The translations under genes and the position numbers were made by a program. A stretch of 64,000 nt of DNA from Squalus acanthias (Eukaryota), in contig CM059432.1 of NCBI GenBank assembly GCA_030390025.1, positions 56,112,001-56,176,000 of the forward strand. The letters are read 5' to 3'. Of this stretch, positions 1 through 11,130 are shown piece after piece. Under the pieces are notes generated by a model, which had not been told where the DNA came from, ran no database searches, and saw only the letters and a list, made by a program, of their open reading frames with translations. Positions within the stretch are counted from its first letter, which is position 1. Every line of letters begins with the position of its first letter.

Positions 1-394
1 TAGAGAAAATTGCTGATGAAGTAAATGGCATATTGGAGCTCGGTGACTTGTACTATGTAGTGGTCACAGGCCTTCAATGCTGTTACAGGCAATGTTCACA
101 AGGGAATTTCCATTATAAATGTTTACATCGCAATTTTACATTGTAAATGTTGACATAAAACATTGCTCAAAAATCATGGCAAGAGGATGTAAGGTTTGTG
201 GGCTGGAAGTTCACAACATATGTATGACTTTTAATATACTAACAGATTTCCAGTGTCAATTCTCAATGGTGTGAATTACTTGAAATACAGAAATCATCAC
301 ATACTTCTTTGCCATTGTTCATGATTCGCTATCCATTCGATATTGAAAAGAGAGTTGCAGCCTTGTCTGAATAGCTGCTGATCTAATGTGATTG

Positions 395-1120
395 AGAGAT
401 AGAATCATACAGCATAGAAGGAAGCCATTCGGCCCATCGTGCCTGTGCTGGCTCTTTGGAAGAGCTATCCTATTAGTCTCACACCACTGCTCTTTCCCCA
501 TAGCCCTACAATTTATCCCCTTCAAGTATTTATCCAATTCCCTTGTGAAAGTTACTGTTGAATCTGCTTCCACCACCCTTTCAGGCAGTGCATTCCAGAT
601 CATAACTTACTGCATTAAAACATTCTCCTCATCTCTCCTCTGGTTCTTTTGTCAATTAACCTTAAATCTGTTCCATCTTACCAACCCTCCTGCCAGTTTC
701 TCCCTATATAGGCTACCGAAACACCTCAGAATTTTGAACACCTCTATTAAATCTCCCCTTAACCTTCTCTTTTTAAGGAGAACAACCCCAGCTTCTGCAG
801 TCTGTCTACATAACTGAACTACCTCATCTCTGGTACCATTCTCGTAAATCTCCTCTACACTCTCACCAAGTTCTTGACATCCTTCCTAAAGTGTGGTGTC
901 CAGAATTGGACACAATAATCCAGCTGAGGCCCAACCAGTGATTTATAAAGGTTGAGCGTAACTTCTTTGCTTTTGTACTCTGTGCCTCTATTTATAAAGT
1001 CAACTGTCCTGCCGCCTTCAAAGATTTGTGTACGTAAACCCCCAGATCTCTCTGTTACTGCACCCCCATTAAAATTGTACCATTTAGTTTATGTTGCCTC
1101 TCCTCATTCTTCCTACCAAA
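395..1120 (-). mobile_element. CR1 LINE 3' fragment, decayed
   Basis: WNALPERVVEADS...FTRELDKYL ORF2 C-terminus and CR1 3' tail. Confidence 0.85.
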
Positions 1121-3143
1121 ATTTATCTCAGATGTCATTATCCATTTTCTATTTTTTCAGTATAACTTCAAAAGGAGTTGCAATCCTATTTCTGCGGGTA
1201 AGCCTCTCGAAGGCAGTCTACATTAAGTGTCAACTTTACAGACAGGAATTCTTTTGATTTAGTTTGAGCCACCCCAGTAAGGAAACTAGGCCATATTGAA
1301 GCTATAGCAAGTAATCTTCTGTTTAAAATCCATGTTTAGAAAGAAAGCAAGTGTTATCTTAATTATTTAATATATCAAGAAGGGCAGTGGAGTGTATGAT
1401 TCACTGTTTTATATCGTATGCTATTCATTCATTCATTTTGTTTAAATAAAACCATTTGTTGGTTCAGAGCCTGAAGAGCCTCTGGTATATTCAGTCTGTT
1501 TTACAAAGAGAGAATCATGGACTGGCACATGATGCTTTCCAGTAGCCAGTGTACAGAGTAAGGTTCTCTGTTATGAACCTGGATCTTGCTATTGCCTAAC
1601 TAAATATTGGGCAGAAAAGGGTGCACTCCAGGTCAAAGGGGATACAAGATCCACTTGCGGGAGCAGTTGATGATCCTGTAACCTGAGAAAATATTAGTAT
1701 AAGAATCCAAAAATGTGTTTATAGTTTGAATTTCTTGGCTTGTGTGGTTCAGTTTCTTGCATGGAAAGTTGCAATCTAGCTTTAATTTTAATTTGCAGAA
1801 TTCCTTGAAATGGAATCCCTTATTGTAGATCAGCCATTTTTGATTCAGTTTTTTTCACCAGGTAGCCCATATGATTCACCTGGAGTTTGTACCAAATGTT
1901 GTTCCCCACTTTAGTTGGACCAGTCAAAAATGGAGCGATGTTTGCAGAAAACTAAGTTACTGTGTGTTTCATACGAAGCAATTTTGTAAAGCACAATAGT
2001 TGTTCTTTCCTGTAGTGCAACAATCCTAGGCAAACTAGTAACCAAGCAGTGTTTGTCCAAGTGGATGGTTGAGTGCATTTTGTATTGCTACCATCTTGAA
2101 GGGAAGAAACCAAGGGGCATGTTAGAGGTTACAGTTGCGTCCTGGGTATCTCTCAATCAAGTTCTAATTGATACTGTCTGTGAATCTACCTTTTAGATTT
2201 GAGTGCTGCACAGATCTGTTTTGACCGCTGATGTTGTGGCTCCTCTGCTGGAGTCTCCCCTACTAATTGTACTACTTTGCTGTACTCCTACAGTATGTGG
2301 GTGGTTAATGAACAAAGGTAGACCACCTTCCTTTTTAGGGAAAGCAGCAGTTTACAGATGATATGGATCGTCCACATACTACAAATTCATCCACCAGTCC
2401 CCTCAGACCATGCAGCAGTATTTTGAGTAAAAGATTAGTATTTAGTTTCAGTTTCGCATCAGGTCAAAACTAAGTAGCGCAACAGTACAGGCCCTGGGGC
2501 TTTACACAGTAGGCTAGGAAGAGACCGTGTGAGATGCTGCCTGTCTGCAGTCTAATGATGGCATTTTATATGGATGCAAGGGAATGCCAGAACCAACTAA
2601 CTAACCTACGGTGTGTAGAGGATGCATATCATATGCATAATGAAGACCCTAACAGATTTTTCCTATTTTTTGATTCTGTGTGATGCTTTGAAACCTGTTT
2701 ATGTTGACCTCAGTTTTGGCTTGATATTAGAATATAACAATGGTTTACTGTGATAAACAACTTGGTGAACCAGCTTGCCCTTTTTCCTGGAGTAACAGTT
2801 ATGACCATGCTTGGACACTTGAAATGACACTCAAGCTGGACATACTGAACAAGCCAGAAAGCTGGTGCAGGAATTGGTATTTTACTTGATTTTTAAGAAC
2901 CGATGGTATAGAAATAAAGTTATAAATGAATGATTGTTTACACTTCATGGTATGTGGATATATAGCATTTTTAAAAACAGTATTGTAAATTTTTTTTGTT
3001 AGTTCTAGGACTCTCTACTTCCAAGCCTAAACTACTATCTGCAACCTGGCTGACTAGGTTTTCGCATGCCTCTTAAAAATATTGGTCTGAGTTGACTGCT
3101 GCTAACATGTGTCTTCACACAGCACTGAGTGCAGCTGAGATAA

Positions 3144-3233
3144 CATAGAAACATAGAAACTAGGAGCAGGAGTAGGCCATTCAATACGATCATGGCTGAT
3201 CATCCAAATCCAGTACCCTGTCCCTGCTTTCTC
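3144..3233 (-). mobile_element. CR1 3' tail (~90 bp) joined to a SINE
   Basis: Matches the 3' end of the young CR1 at ~21980-22105, with TTCTATGT tail repeats. Confidence 0.8.
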
Positions 3234-3518
3234 ACACAGAATCCCCATCGAGCCTGCACCGACACATATCCCACCCTATCCCCGTAACCCCACATATTTA
3301 ATCCCCCCCTAACACTAAGGGTCAATTTGTCATAGCCAAATCAACCTAACCCGCACATTTTTGGACTGTGGGAGGAAACCGGAGCACCCGGAGGAAACCC
3401 ACGCAGACACGGGGAGAATGTGCAAACTCCACACAGACAGTCACCCGAAGCCAGATTCGAACCCGGGTCCCTGGCGCTGTGAGGCACCAGTGCTAACCAC
3501 TATGCCACCGTGTTGCCC
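3234..3518 (-). mobile_element. tRNA-derived V-SINE (HE1-like)
   Basis: tRNA-like head with A box and GGTTCGAATC B box on -; V-domain read on + as GGAGGAAACCGGAGCACCCGGAGGAAACCCACGCAGACACGGGGAGAATGTGCAAACTCC. Confidence 0.88.
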
Positions 3519-3600
3519 ACTTGACAGTGTGGGAATTAAAGTTGTTATGCATGCTGTGTAAGAACTTAATATTAAACTAATACTGTGTTTATTTTAACAG

Positions 3601-3708
3601 ATTTAGGCTCAAATAACAGTGGATACTATGATCTAATGGCCGTGCTCACGCATCAAGGCAGGTCGAGTTCATCTGGTCATTATGTAGCTTGGGTTAGAAG
3701 AAAATCAG
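3601..3708 (+). CDS. USP14: USP14 penultimate coding exon (His box)
   Basis: AG at 3599-3600, GT at 3709-3710; 108 bp encoding (D)LGSNNSGYYDLMAVLTHQGRSSSSGHYVAWVRRKS, the USP14/Ubp6 His box; phase matches the next exon. Confidence 0.97.
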
Positions 3709-5156
3709 GTAATGTTTCTTGTTTTATACACTCATTTTGCATTGACCAACTAATAAAACAAAGGAACTTTCAGTAAGTCAGTCAGAAACGATTTTATTTT
3801 TCACTATGCAGAGTAGTAACATTTTGGAACTATCCCGTGGAGTGGTTGGGTGTGGGTCCACCCGCTCAGTTTCCTATTTAAGTTGCGTCTGTGAGGAGAA
3901 CTGGTGAGCAGAGTTCCGGTAGCTTTTTTTGGATCCGTTTTCTTTCCAAATAGACGTTGAGGGTCAAAACATGGGACACGCAGGTCAGCGCAAGGCAGCA
4001 GCAGGTTTTTTTTGTTGAAAATGTGGAATGAGGAGCTCTTTACCCAGTATCCATAGCGGCAGAGAAACTGCTCTATCTCTGGGATTGAATGGTTGCACGG
4101 CTCTATCGCAGGGATCGATCGCTTTCTCTGCCGTTATGGATGCTGGATAAAGAACTCCCCTTTTGACAAAAGCCATTTCTTTCACAAAACCCGCTGCTGC
4201 CTCTCACTGACCTGCATGTACTGACCTCACCAGCCTTCTGAATCAAGGAAAGCATGTGCGACAGCGCGAGGGGCCGTCCATTCCTGCCTCGACGCCATGT
4301 TCATACACTTTCAGTAGCTGCTGGCAGCTCCTCTTTCCCCTGACCCTGCCATCGTCTTCTTTCCCTCGGCTTCTAATGGTGGATCCGCTACTTTGAGGAA
4401 CTTTGGCTTTGTGGTGTGAAGGTGGCTGGCTGTCCTGGGTGTCTCTGCTGCTCTATAGAGTGATGGACAGGCCTGAGAGTCCCAGCTATCAGTCAGTCTT
4501 CCTACAGACTCACTGCTCAAGCAGAAAACTGCAATTTCACTCCTACACATAATGTGACCTGCTGTGTTTTCCCTCCCAGATGTTCTCAATCCGTTCTTAG
4601 ACTTGCCTTTGGAAGCTTCAATATACCGGCACAATGTGTCGTCATGTTTCCCCCTTTTTTTTGTCCTGTGACTTCCCTAATGCCGCTAAGTAGAACTGAG
4701 AAACGCAGTTCATTACTGAAGTTGCACTCTGCTCCAAGTGAAAGCGGTTTGAAATTAAATGGGAATGTAGATGGCAAAACTGTTAAGTAAACAGCGCTGA
4801 ACGCTGGTGTGTGGGAGGGGGATTCTGGAATACAAGTTGCATTGTACTCCTAATGCAGAAATGTAACAATGAATACTTCAACATTTAATCTTGAGAACTT
4901 CTTTGCAACATGGCAATGTATTGTTCCACTGTGGGTAGGAGGAGGAATTTAACAATGCAATCATCTACTCTCTTGGACCCAAATTGATTGCAGCTTTGTA
5001 GCAGTGGTTTGTACACCTGAAAATTGTAATCCCAGAAAGGACAGTGTTGTGTAGTGTAATATATAAAGCCTTCAGTTTTCTTGTGGCTTGTGCTTGCGAA
5101 GTAAAAATTGGCCCCAAACGGACAAGGAAATGATCAAGATCAAGCAAGGTAGCTAC

Positions 5157-5366
5157 ATAAAAACAGAAAATGCTGGAAATACTCAGCAGGTCAGGCAGCA
5201 TCTGTGGAGAGAGAAACAGAGTTAACGTTTCAGGTCAATGACCCATCGACCTGAAACATTAACTCTGTTTCTCTCTCCACAGATGCTGCCTGACCTGCTG
5301 AGTATTTCCAGCATTTTCTGTTTTTATTTCAGATTTCCAGCATCCGCAGTATTTTGGTTTTGTATT
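5157..5366. mobile_element. Penelope-like element remnant (inverted terminal-repeat palindrome)
   Basis: 84-bp inverted arms 5157-5240/5244-5327; 11-bp TSD AAGGTAGCTAC at 5146-5156 and 5367-5377; same family as 20437-20539. Confidence 0.8.
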
Positions 5367-5564
5367 AAGGTAGCTACGTAGTTAGCTGATCTCAGCCAGG
5401 GCAACAGTAAGAGTACAGCAATTGAACGAGGCCTATTGTTACTGGAGGGTGGAGGAGTGTAAAAATTGCCCTGGTTGCTGCTCCTTATCACTATCCGATG
5501 ACCCCTATTAGAAAGTGAACATGTGTGTAAACATCAGCCCAGCTATGATGTCTCCTTATTATTG

Positions 5565-5753
5565 CACAACACCAGGTTATAGTCCAACAGTTTTATTTGA
5601 AATCACAAGCTTTCGGAGCGGCTGCTCCTTCGTCAGGTGAAAGGAGCAGCCGCTCCAAAAGCTTGTGATTTCAAATAAAACTGTTGGACTATAACCTGGT
5701 GTTGTGCGACTTCTCACTTTTGTCCACCCCAGTCCAACACCGGCATCTCCGCA
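5565..5753. mobile_element. Second Penelope-like remnant (different family), palindromic
   Basis: 67-bp inverted arms 5564-5630/5641-5707; 12-bp TSD TCCTTATTATTG at 5553-5564 and 5754-5765. Confidence 0.8.
5603..5640 (-). ncRNA. Minimal type I hammerhead ribozyme motif
   Basis: Minus strand UCAC-CUGACGA-A-GGAGC(AGCC)GCUCC-GAAA-GC-UU-GUGA: stem I, core, 5-bp stem II, palindromic AGCU in place of stem III. Confidence 0.75.
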
Positions 5754-6082
5754 TCCTTATTATTGAATAGCCCATAGCCATTCATTGTCCACATTCGTAT
5801 ATAAATAATGGCCCAAGTGCTAGAAGACTGCCATGCCTATGGAACTAATCTGGAGCACAAGGCAGCATCTTCAGGAAGGAGAAGAGAAAACTGCTGGTTA
5901 AGAAAGGACAGTTTTTATATTACATTAATTATTATAAAAAGAGGGTACAATTTACCTTTGCCTCCCCCCTCCCCTCCTAACATGAATCCTCAGTTATATC
6001 ACATTGTGTAACTGGGCTGGTGTTGGAGCAACACTTCCCACTGCATACTGAGCAGATATATGCTGCAGATTGGACTGCTGGA

Positions 6083-7056
6083 CTAGGAACAGGAGTAGGC
6101 CATTCAGCCCCTTGAGCCTGTTCCACCGTTCAGTGAGATCATGGCTGATCTGTATCTTAACTTTATCTACCCACCTTGGCTCCATATCTTTTAATACCCT
6201 TGGCTAGCAAAAATATATCTCTCTCAGATTTAAAATTATTAATTGAGCTAGCATCAACTGCTTTTTGCAGGAGAGAGTTCCACACTTCTACCACCCTTTG
6301 CATGAAGAAGTGTTTCATAACTTCTCTCCTGAATGGCCTAGCTCTAATTTTACGGTTATGTTCCCTTGTCCCAGACTCCCCCACCAGTGGAAAAAGGTTT
6401 CTCTCTGTACCCTATCAATTCCTTTCAAAATCCAAAAAACCTCCATCAAATCAACCCTTAACCTTCTATATTCCACAGAACACCAGGCTAGTTTATGTAA
6501 TTTCTCCTCACAATCTAACCCTTGGAGCCTTGGTAGCATTCTGGTGAATCCGTGCTGCACTCCTTCCAAGGCCAATATATTGTTTCTAAGTGCCCAGAAC
6601 TGTACACAGTACTCCAGATGTGGTCTAACCAGGGCTTTGTATACCTGTAGCAAAACTTACTCCCCTTTATATTCTAGCCCTCTAGTTATAATGGCTAACA
6701 ATCTATTAGCCTTTTTGATTATTTTTGTACCGGGCTACTACATTTTAATGATCTGTGTACATAGACCCCATAATCTCTTTGGACCGCCACTGTTCCTAGC
6801 GTTTCACCATTTAAATAATACTCTGATTTATCCTTCTTTGGTCCAAAATGGATGAGCTCATACTTGCCTCCATTGAAATCCATCTGCCACAGTTTTGTTC
6901 ACTCACTCAATCAATCAATGTCTCTTCATAATTTTATGCTCCTGCCTACACTACTTACTATACCACCAATCTTTGTATCATTGGCAAACTTGGATATATG
7001 GCTCTCTGTTGTGTTATCTGTCATTAATAAATATAGTGAATAGTTGAGGCCCCAGG
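6083..7056 (-). mobile_element. CR1 LINE 3' fragment
   Basis: LVRPHLEYCVQFWA and RVVEVWNSL motifs with frameshifts; CR1 tail. Confidence 0.9.
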
Positions 7057-7952
7057 AATATTTGAGGACTATTTTAACTAATACATAAAATACTCCTGCT
7101 AGATGAGTGAAAGTATAAATTCATGAAAATCAATGTACCAGTTTATGTGGGAAGAAAAAAACCTGCCACCAAATGAAATTTGAGTGTTCAATAGAGAAGG
7201 ACCTACTTTCCTGGCTCCACATGCTGTTAGGATGTGATCGCCACAAAACTGTGTGCAATTGAGAATTGGCTTTTGGCAATTTATCCCAGTATCTTTTTAC
7301 CTGAAGATTGAACATGTTTTTTGAGGATGTGCATCTTGCTCCCAGATCTTCATCAGCACCTCTTCTGGTTGGCTGCTGAGAAGTGAGGTTCTGTCGAAGG
7401 AGGGCATTTCCGACTGCTTTTTCTTCCCTTGCTCACACGCTTCTCCCTTGCAGGGAGGTGTCACATCCTTCCACAAATACAGCTTAGAAGTAAGTGGTGT
7501 AGGGTGTAGAACCCATGACCTTCCCACTCTTAAATGACAGCCCTTGAATATTTTTTATTTTAAAATCACTTGAACAATTCCTGCTTATTTAAAAAGTTAA
7601 TACTGGAAGGAAGCTTTTGTTCCTTTCAAGTATCAATTTCATTCAACATTGATAATAGTTCCAAACCACCTGTGGTCTTTGGCAGCCTTTGCTTTGCTGC
7701 TGGTATCTTTGTTCATGAATGTTTTTATATCTGTGCATGTTTAATTTGTGTAGGTGTGCAGTAGAGCTGTCGCAAAATTTTGAAGTCTTGCCTGTTGCAA
7801 CTGTGTTCCAAGCTAAACTGAAAGCTTTGAAGTAAATTTAGAATATCAGTTTGCGCAACCTACACACATGTATATTGCAACAAAAGTTTGTATGTCATGA
7901 GTACTTAAATGTGGAGATTTTCATTTCTCATTTTTATTTAATTGTTTTTTAG

Positions 7953-8104
7953 ATGAGTGGATCAAATTCGACGATGATAAAGTCAGTGTTGTGGCACCTG
8001 AAGATATTCTGAAGTTGTCTGGTGGTGGTGACTGGCACATAGCCTATGTTCTATTGTATGGGCCTCGTAGACTAGAAGTAATTGAAGATGAAGCCCCGCA
8101 GTGA
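7953..8104 (+). CDS. USP14: USP14 terminal coding exon
   Basis: Pyrimidine tract and AG at 7951-7952; (D)EWIKFDDDKVSVVAPEDILKLSGGGDWHIAYVLLYGPRRLEVIEDEAPQ then TGA at 8102-8104. Confidence 0.97.
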
Positions 8105-9072
8105 TGTCATAGTTGAGCACGACCACCTTCATTTTCCTTATCCTGCATGGCTATATTACTGTTGTATGATGCCTTCACTTTCTGTAGCTTACCTTACTCA
8201 GAGGTAAGACTGTAAAGGGAAGGTGTTGCCTCAACTGTGACCCTGGTACTGCTTCACATCATCTACCAAACCTTTCAAAAACAAATCAGGCATTAGTTGA
8301 GGAAGACCTGTGGATTTGATCTGTTCTTAATTCTGACATTTCTCACTATGGAATAATAATTAAAAAAAAGCAAGTGATCCATAATTCTTCTGTTTTGTTC
8401 CTTTTATGTTAAATGTGGTTTTCAGTCACGTGGTTAATGGTGACTGGTTATGTGATGCTGTACAAGAGAGGAACAGAAAGTTAATACTGTGTTGAATGGG
8501 ATTTCTTTTCATTCTTTGACTAATTACATATTGGAAATTAAAAATACAATGTAAACTACATTGTAAATACAAGCCAAGTTCTAATATTTTTTTCCATTAT
8601 TGTATTGCTGCTCCAGCCAAAACCAGTTTGCCTAAAACCACATTTTGTTGTATAATGTAAATTCATAAAACTTTTCTGTTTCACAAAGTTTGTGGTTTAA
8701 CTTTATTATATGAACAAGAATTGTTGAAAAATAACCTAATTGTCACTCTGAACCTAAGTATGTGATTGATTCATCACCTGATAATTTGTTATTTAGGCAT
8801 TGGATTTGAATCCACCCACAGTGCTGAGTTCCTGAGCTCAGGTGGGGGAAATTAAGTGGGGGCCTCATGTTTTTTTATAGGAAGGGAGAGTCAGTCGGCA
8901 GCCACTTTGTGCACTGCCTGGCGGTCAGTTCATAGCCTGGGTACGTAGCTGGACCAGGTTGCCTGTACTCCAACAGTTGATGTGTGGTCCGGAGTCCACA
9001 CAGTGGAACAGAATGCTGCCCTCTACACCTTTTTTTAATTTATAGAAAACGTGCAATTTCATTTCAACTTTG

Positions 9073-9078
9073 AATAAA
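9073..9078 (+). promoter_or_regulatory. Candidate USP14 polyadenylation signal
   Basis: AATAAA ~970 nt after the stop, at the end of an AT-rich 3' UTR; ATTAAA variants lie upstream. Confidence 0.5.
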
Positions 9079-9338
9079 TTACTCCTTATACAGTATAATA
9101 TCAGAGATCAGAAAGGCCATACAGACCATAAAAATAACCTAATATGGTGGTTGTCCAACATGTGATTAGAAACAATGGAGGTCCAAATACTGACCACTTT
9201 GAGACTCTATTCAGCACCATCACTGGCAGAGGGAGGATAAGCAGCAATGGAGATGGGGTGACTGCAGGGTGTTTGGACATTTTCATTTCCCTTTCCTTTT
9301 ATTAAGTTAACTGTTGCTTGCTCATTACATGCACACAC

Positions 9339-9376
9339 GTGTGTATATATATATATATATATACAATTACACATAT

Positions 9377-9410
<34 letters not shown>
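9339..9410. repeat. Compound (TA)n/(CA)n microsatellite
   Basis: Directly visible dinucleotide runs. Confidence 0.95.
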
Positions 9411-10020
9411 GTCCCCAAGCAGCCAGCCTCTCTCTGTACAGTGGCAAAGAATGGAAAGACAAAGGATTGGTGCAAGATGAGAGCATGTGGCAGCTGCCAG
9501 GAAAGTGGGCACAAACTTGCATGATGCACTGTTGGTGATCTCACACATTTACACATTAATGGAATGGAAGCCCTTGTGATTCATGAAGGCAACAGGCTTA
9601 TCTGCAGGAATTTGCATGGCAATGTGGGTGCAATCAATGACACCCTGGACTTGGGGAAAGCCTGTAATATGTGTGAATCCCAGAGCCTTATCCTGCTGTT
9701 TCCATTTCTTCATGGAGAACATGATGAATGGTTTACTTTAGTAAACATGGCATCAGTCATCTGCTTAATGCAAGCATGAACTGCAGATTGATGATATGGT
9801 ATTGCCTCTTGCAGCCTGCAAGGAGCTGGAGGCCAAGAAGTTGAGGGCTACAGTAATTTTGACTAACTGGCAACTGGTTGCTGGTGATATTGTAGGAGGT
9901 GTCCTAGGTCTTTGACGACCACTCTGGAGAAGTGCAGCCTCCTTATATACTGCTCCTCTGACTAATGCAGGTATGTAATTCTGGGTTTATAGGCCTATAC
10001 ACCCTGTTGGGAGGGTAAGG
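9408..10020 (-). pseudogene. Fossil PIF/Harbinger (HARBI1-like, DDE_Tnp_4) transposase
   Basis: Minus-strand pieces across frameshifts and stops: PYPPNRVYRP, SEEQYIRRLHFSRVVVKDLGHLLQ, VKITVALNFLASSSLQAARG, GFPQVQGVIDCTHIAMQIPADKPVAFMNHKGFHSINV* (9662-9549), VCAHFPGSCH, RGWLLGD. Confidence 0.85.
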
Positions 10021-10224
10021 ATTTCTGAGAGCTCTCCTCTGGGGTCTCCCTGCAGCTGCAGTTTCATGTGGTCCTTCCACCTTTTATTGTTTTTTCTCTT
10101 CCTTCTCTAATCAGAATGGAATAGCCAAAACAATTCCCTAATCTTTGTCTCTGTCATTCCGTTCTTACTGAAAAAGAAGGTTGGTAGGCAGATAAAATTG
10201 CACCCAGTGTTCTAAGTATAGGAA

Positions 10225-10750
10225 AGTGCGGGACTAGAAAAAGCTCTGCATCTGGCCAGCCCCAAAAGCAAATACCACTCAATACTCCAAATGAGGTCTG
10301 GCCATCGCTTCATAAAGTGCAGTGGCATTTATATTTTATACCTTTTATGATGGAGCCCACCGTCTCATTATTCTTTTTGTACCTGTGAACTAGTTTTTAA
10401 CCATTTATGTAAATCCCTCTGTTCATCTTACACACCTTATTCTCATTTGCCAATCTTGTGTCCACTGTATTCTAACTCACTTTGTTCATTAAATTACATC
10501 TCCCATTCTTTCATCTACTCAATCTATGTACCTTTGCTATTTTCTGTTTTCCCTTTTGCAAGTCACTGTACCTTCTAGATTCATCTGTAAACTTGACTCT
10601 TTTCCCAAATTCATGTTATACATAGAATGAAAAGTTTGAGCCTATGCACTTAACCTGGGAGGATTTGTCGCTGCCTGCCAATCCAGGAATGTCCCTTTTA
10701 TCTCAACACTTTATCTTCTTACTGCAAAGAATTTACTATCTATGCAACAG
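10225..10750 (-). mobile_element. Highly decayed CR1 fragment
   Basis: Remnants such as CAATACTCCAAATGAGGTCTGGCCA resembling the antisense CR1 ORF2 copies elsewhere in the window. Confidence 0.5.
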
Positions 10751-10754
10751 GGTT

Positions 10755-11130
10755 ACAATTTTTTTAAACTTTTATATTAATGGAGAAGTTGACACTCCAC
10801 AAATATAAAAAATTAGTTTTTCAGGGCTATAACATTTGAGTACCAGTCAATATGCTGTTACACCTATTCCAACAAGTCTCAACATTTAATGGGGTATTTA
10901 ACAGTGATATTACTGTGGAATCATGTTTTCGTCAGTTTCACTGATTGCCGGCAATCATTCAGTTTGTCTCTTTTGGGGTGGGGGGTGCGCGGGGACCACA
11001 GCGCAGCTAGTGTTGGAGCAATGAATGAATGACCGCAACTTCAGGATTTCTGCGTTTAGATGCGCATGCGCTAACTCCTGAAGTTGCCATCCGTTTCAGT
11101 GGGGTTATAATGGCGAACGCTGTTATTTTC
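10755..11130. mobile_element. Truncated MITE-like fragment
   Basis: Hairpin GCAACTTCAGGA...TCCTGAAGTTGC at ~11035-11087, similar to the hairpin in the 26482-27230 MITE; termini not found. Confidence 0.5.

Larger units (their letters stand above)
5378..5850 (+). mobile_element. Ancient SINE-like repeat (family unassigned), host of the 5565-5753 insertion
   Basis: GTTAGCTGATCTCAGCCAGGG core shared with diverged copies at ~38555-38990 and ~48250-48600. Confidence 0.55.

Noticed and set aside
3440..3518. tRNA gene
   Set aside because: It is the tRNA-derived head of a V-SINE, continuous with the SINE body
6176..6855. Long ORFs antisense to CR1 (also 392-817, 20811-21538, 51601-52014)
   Set aside because: Antisense frames of CR1 ORF2, recurring in many copies
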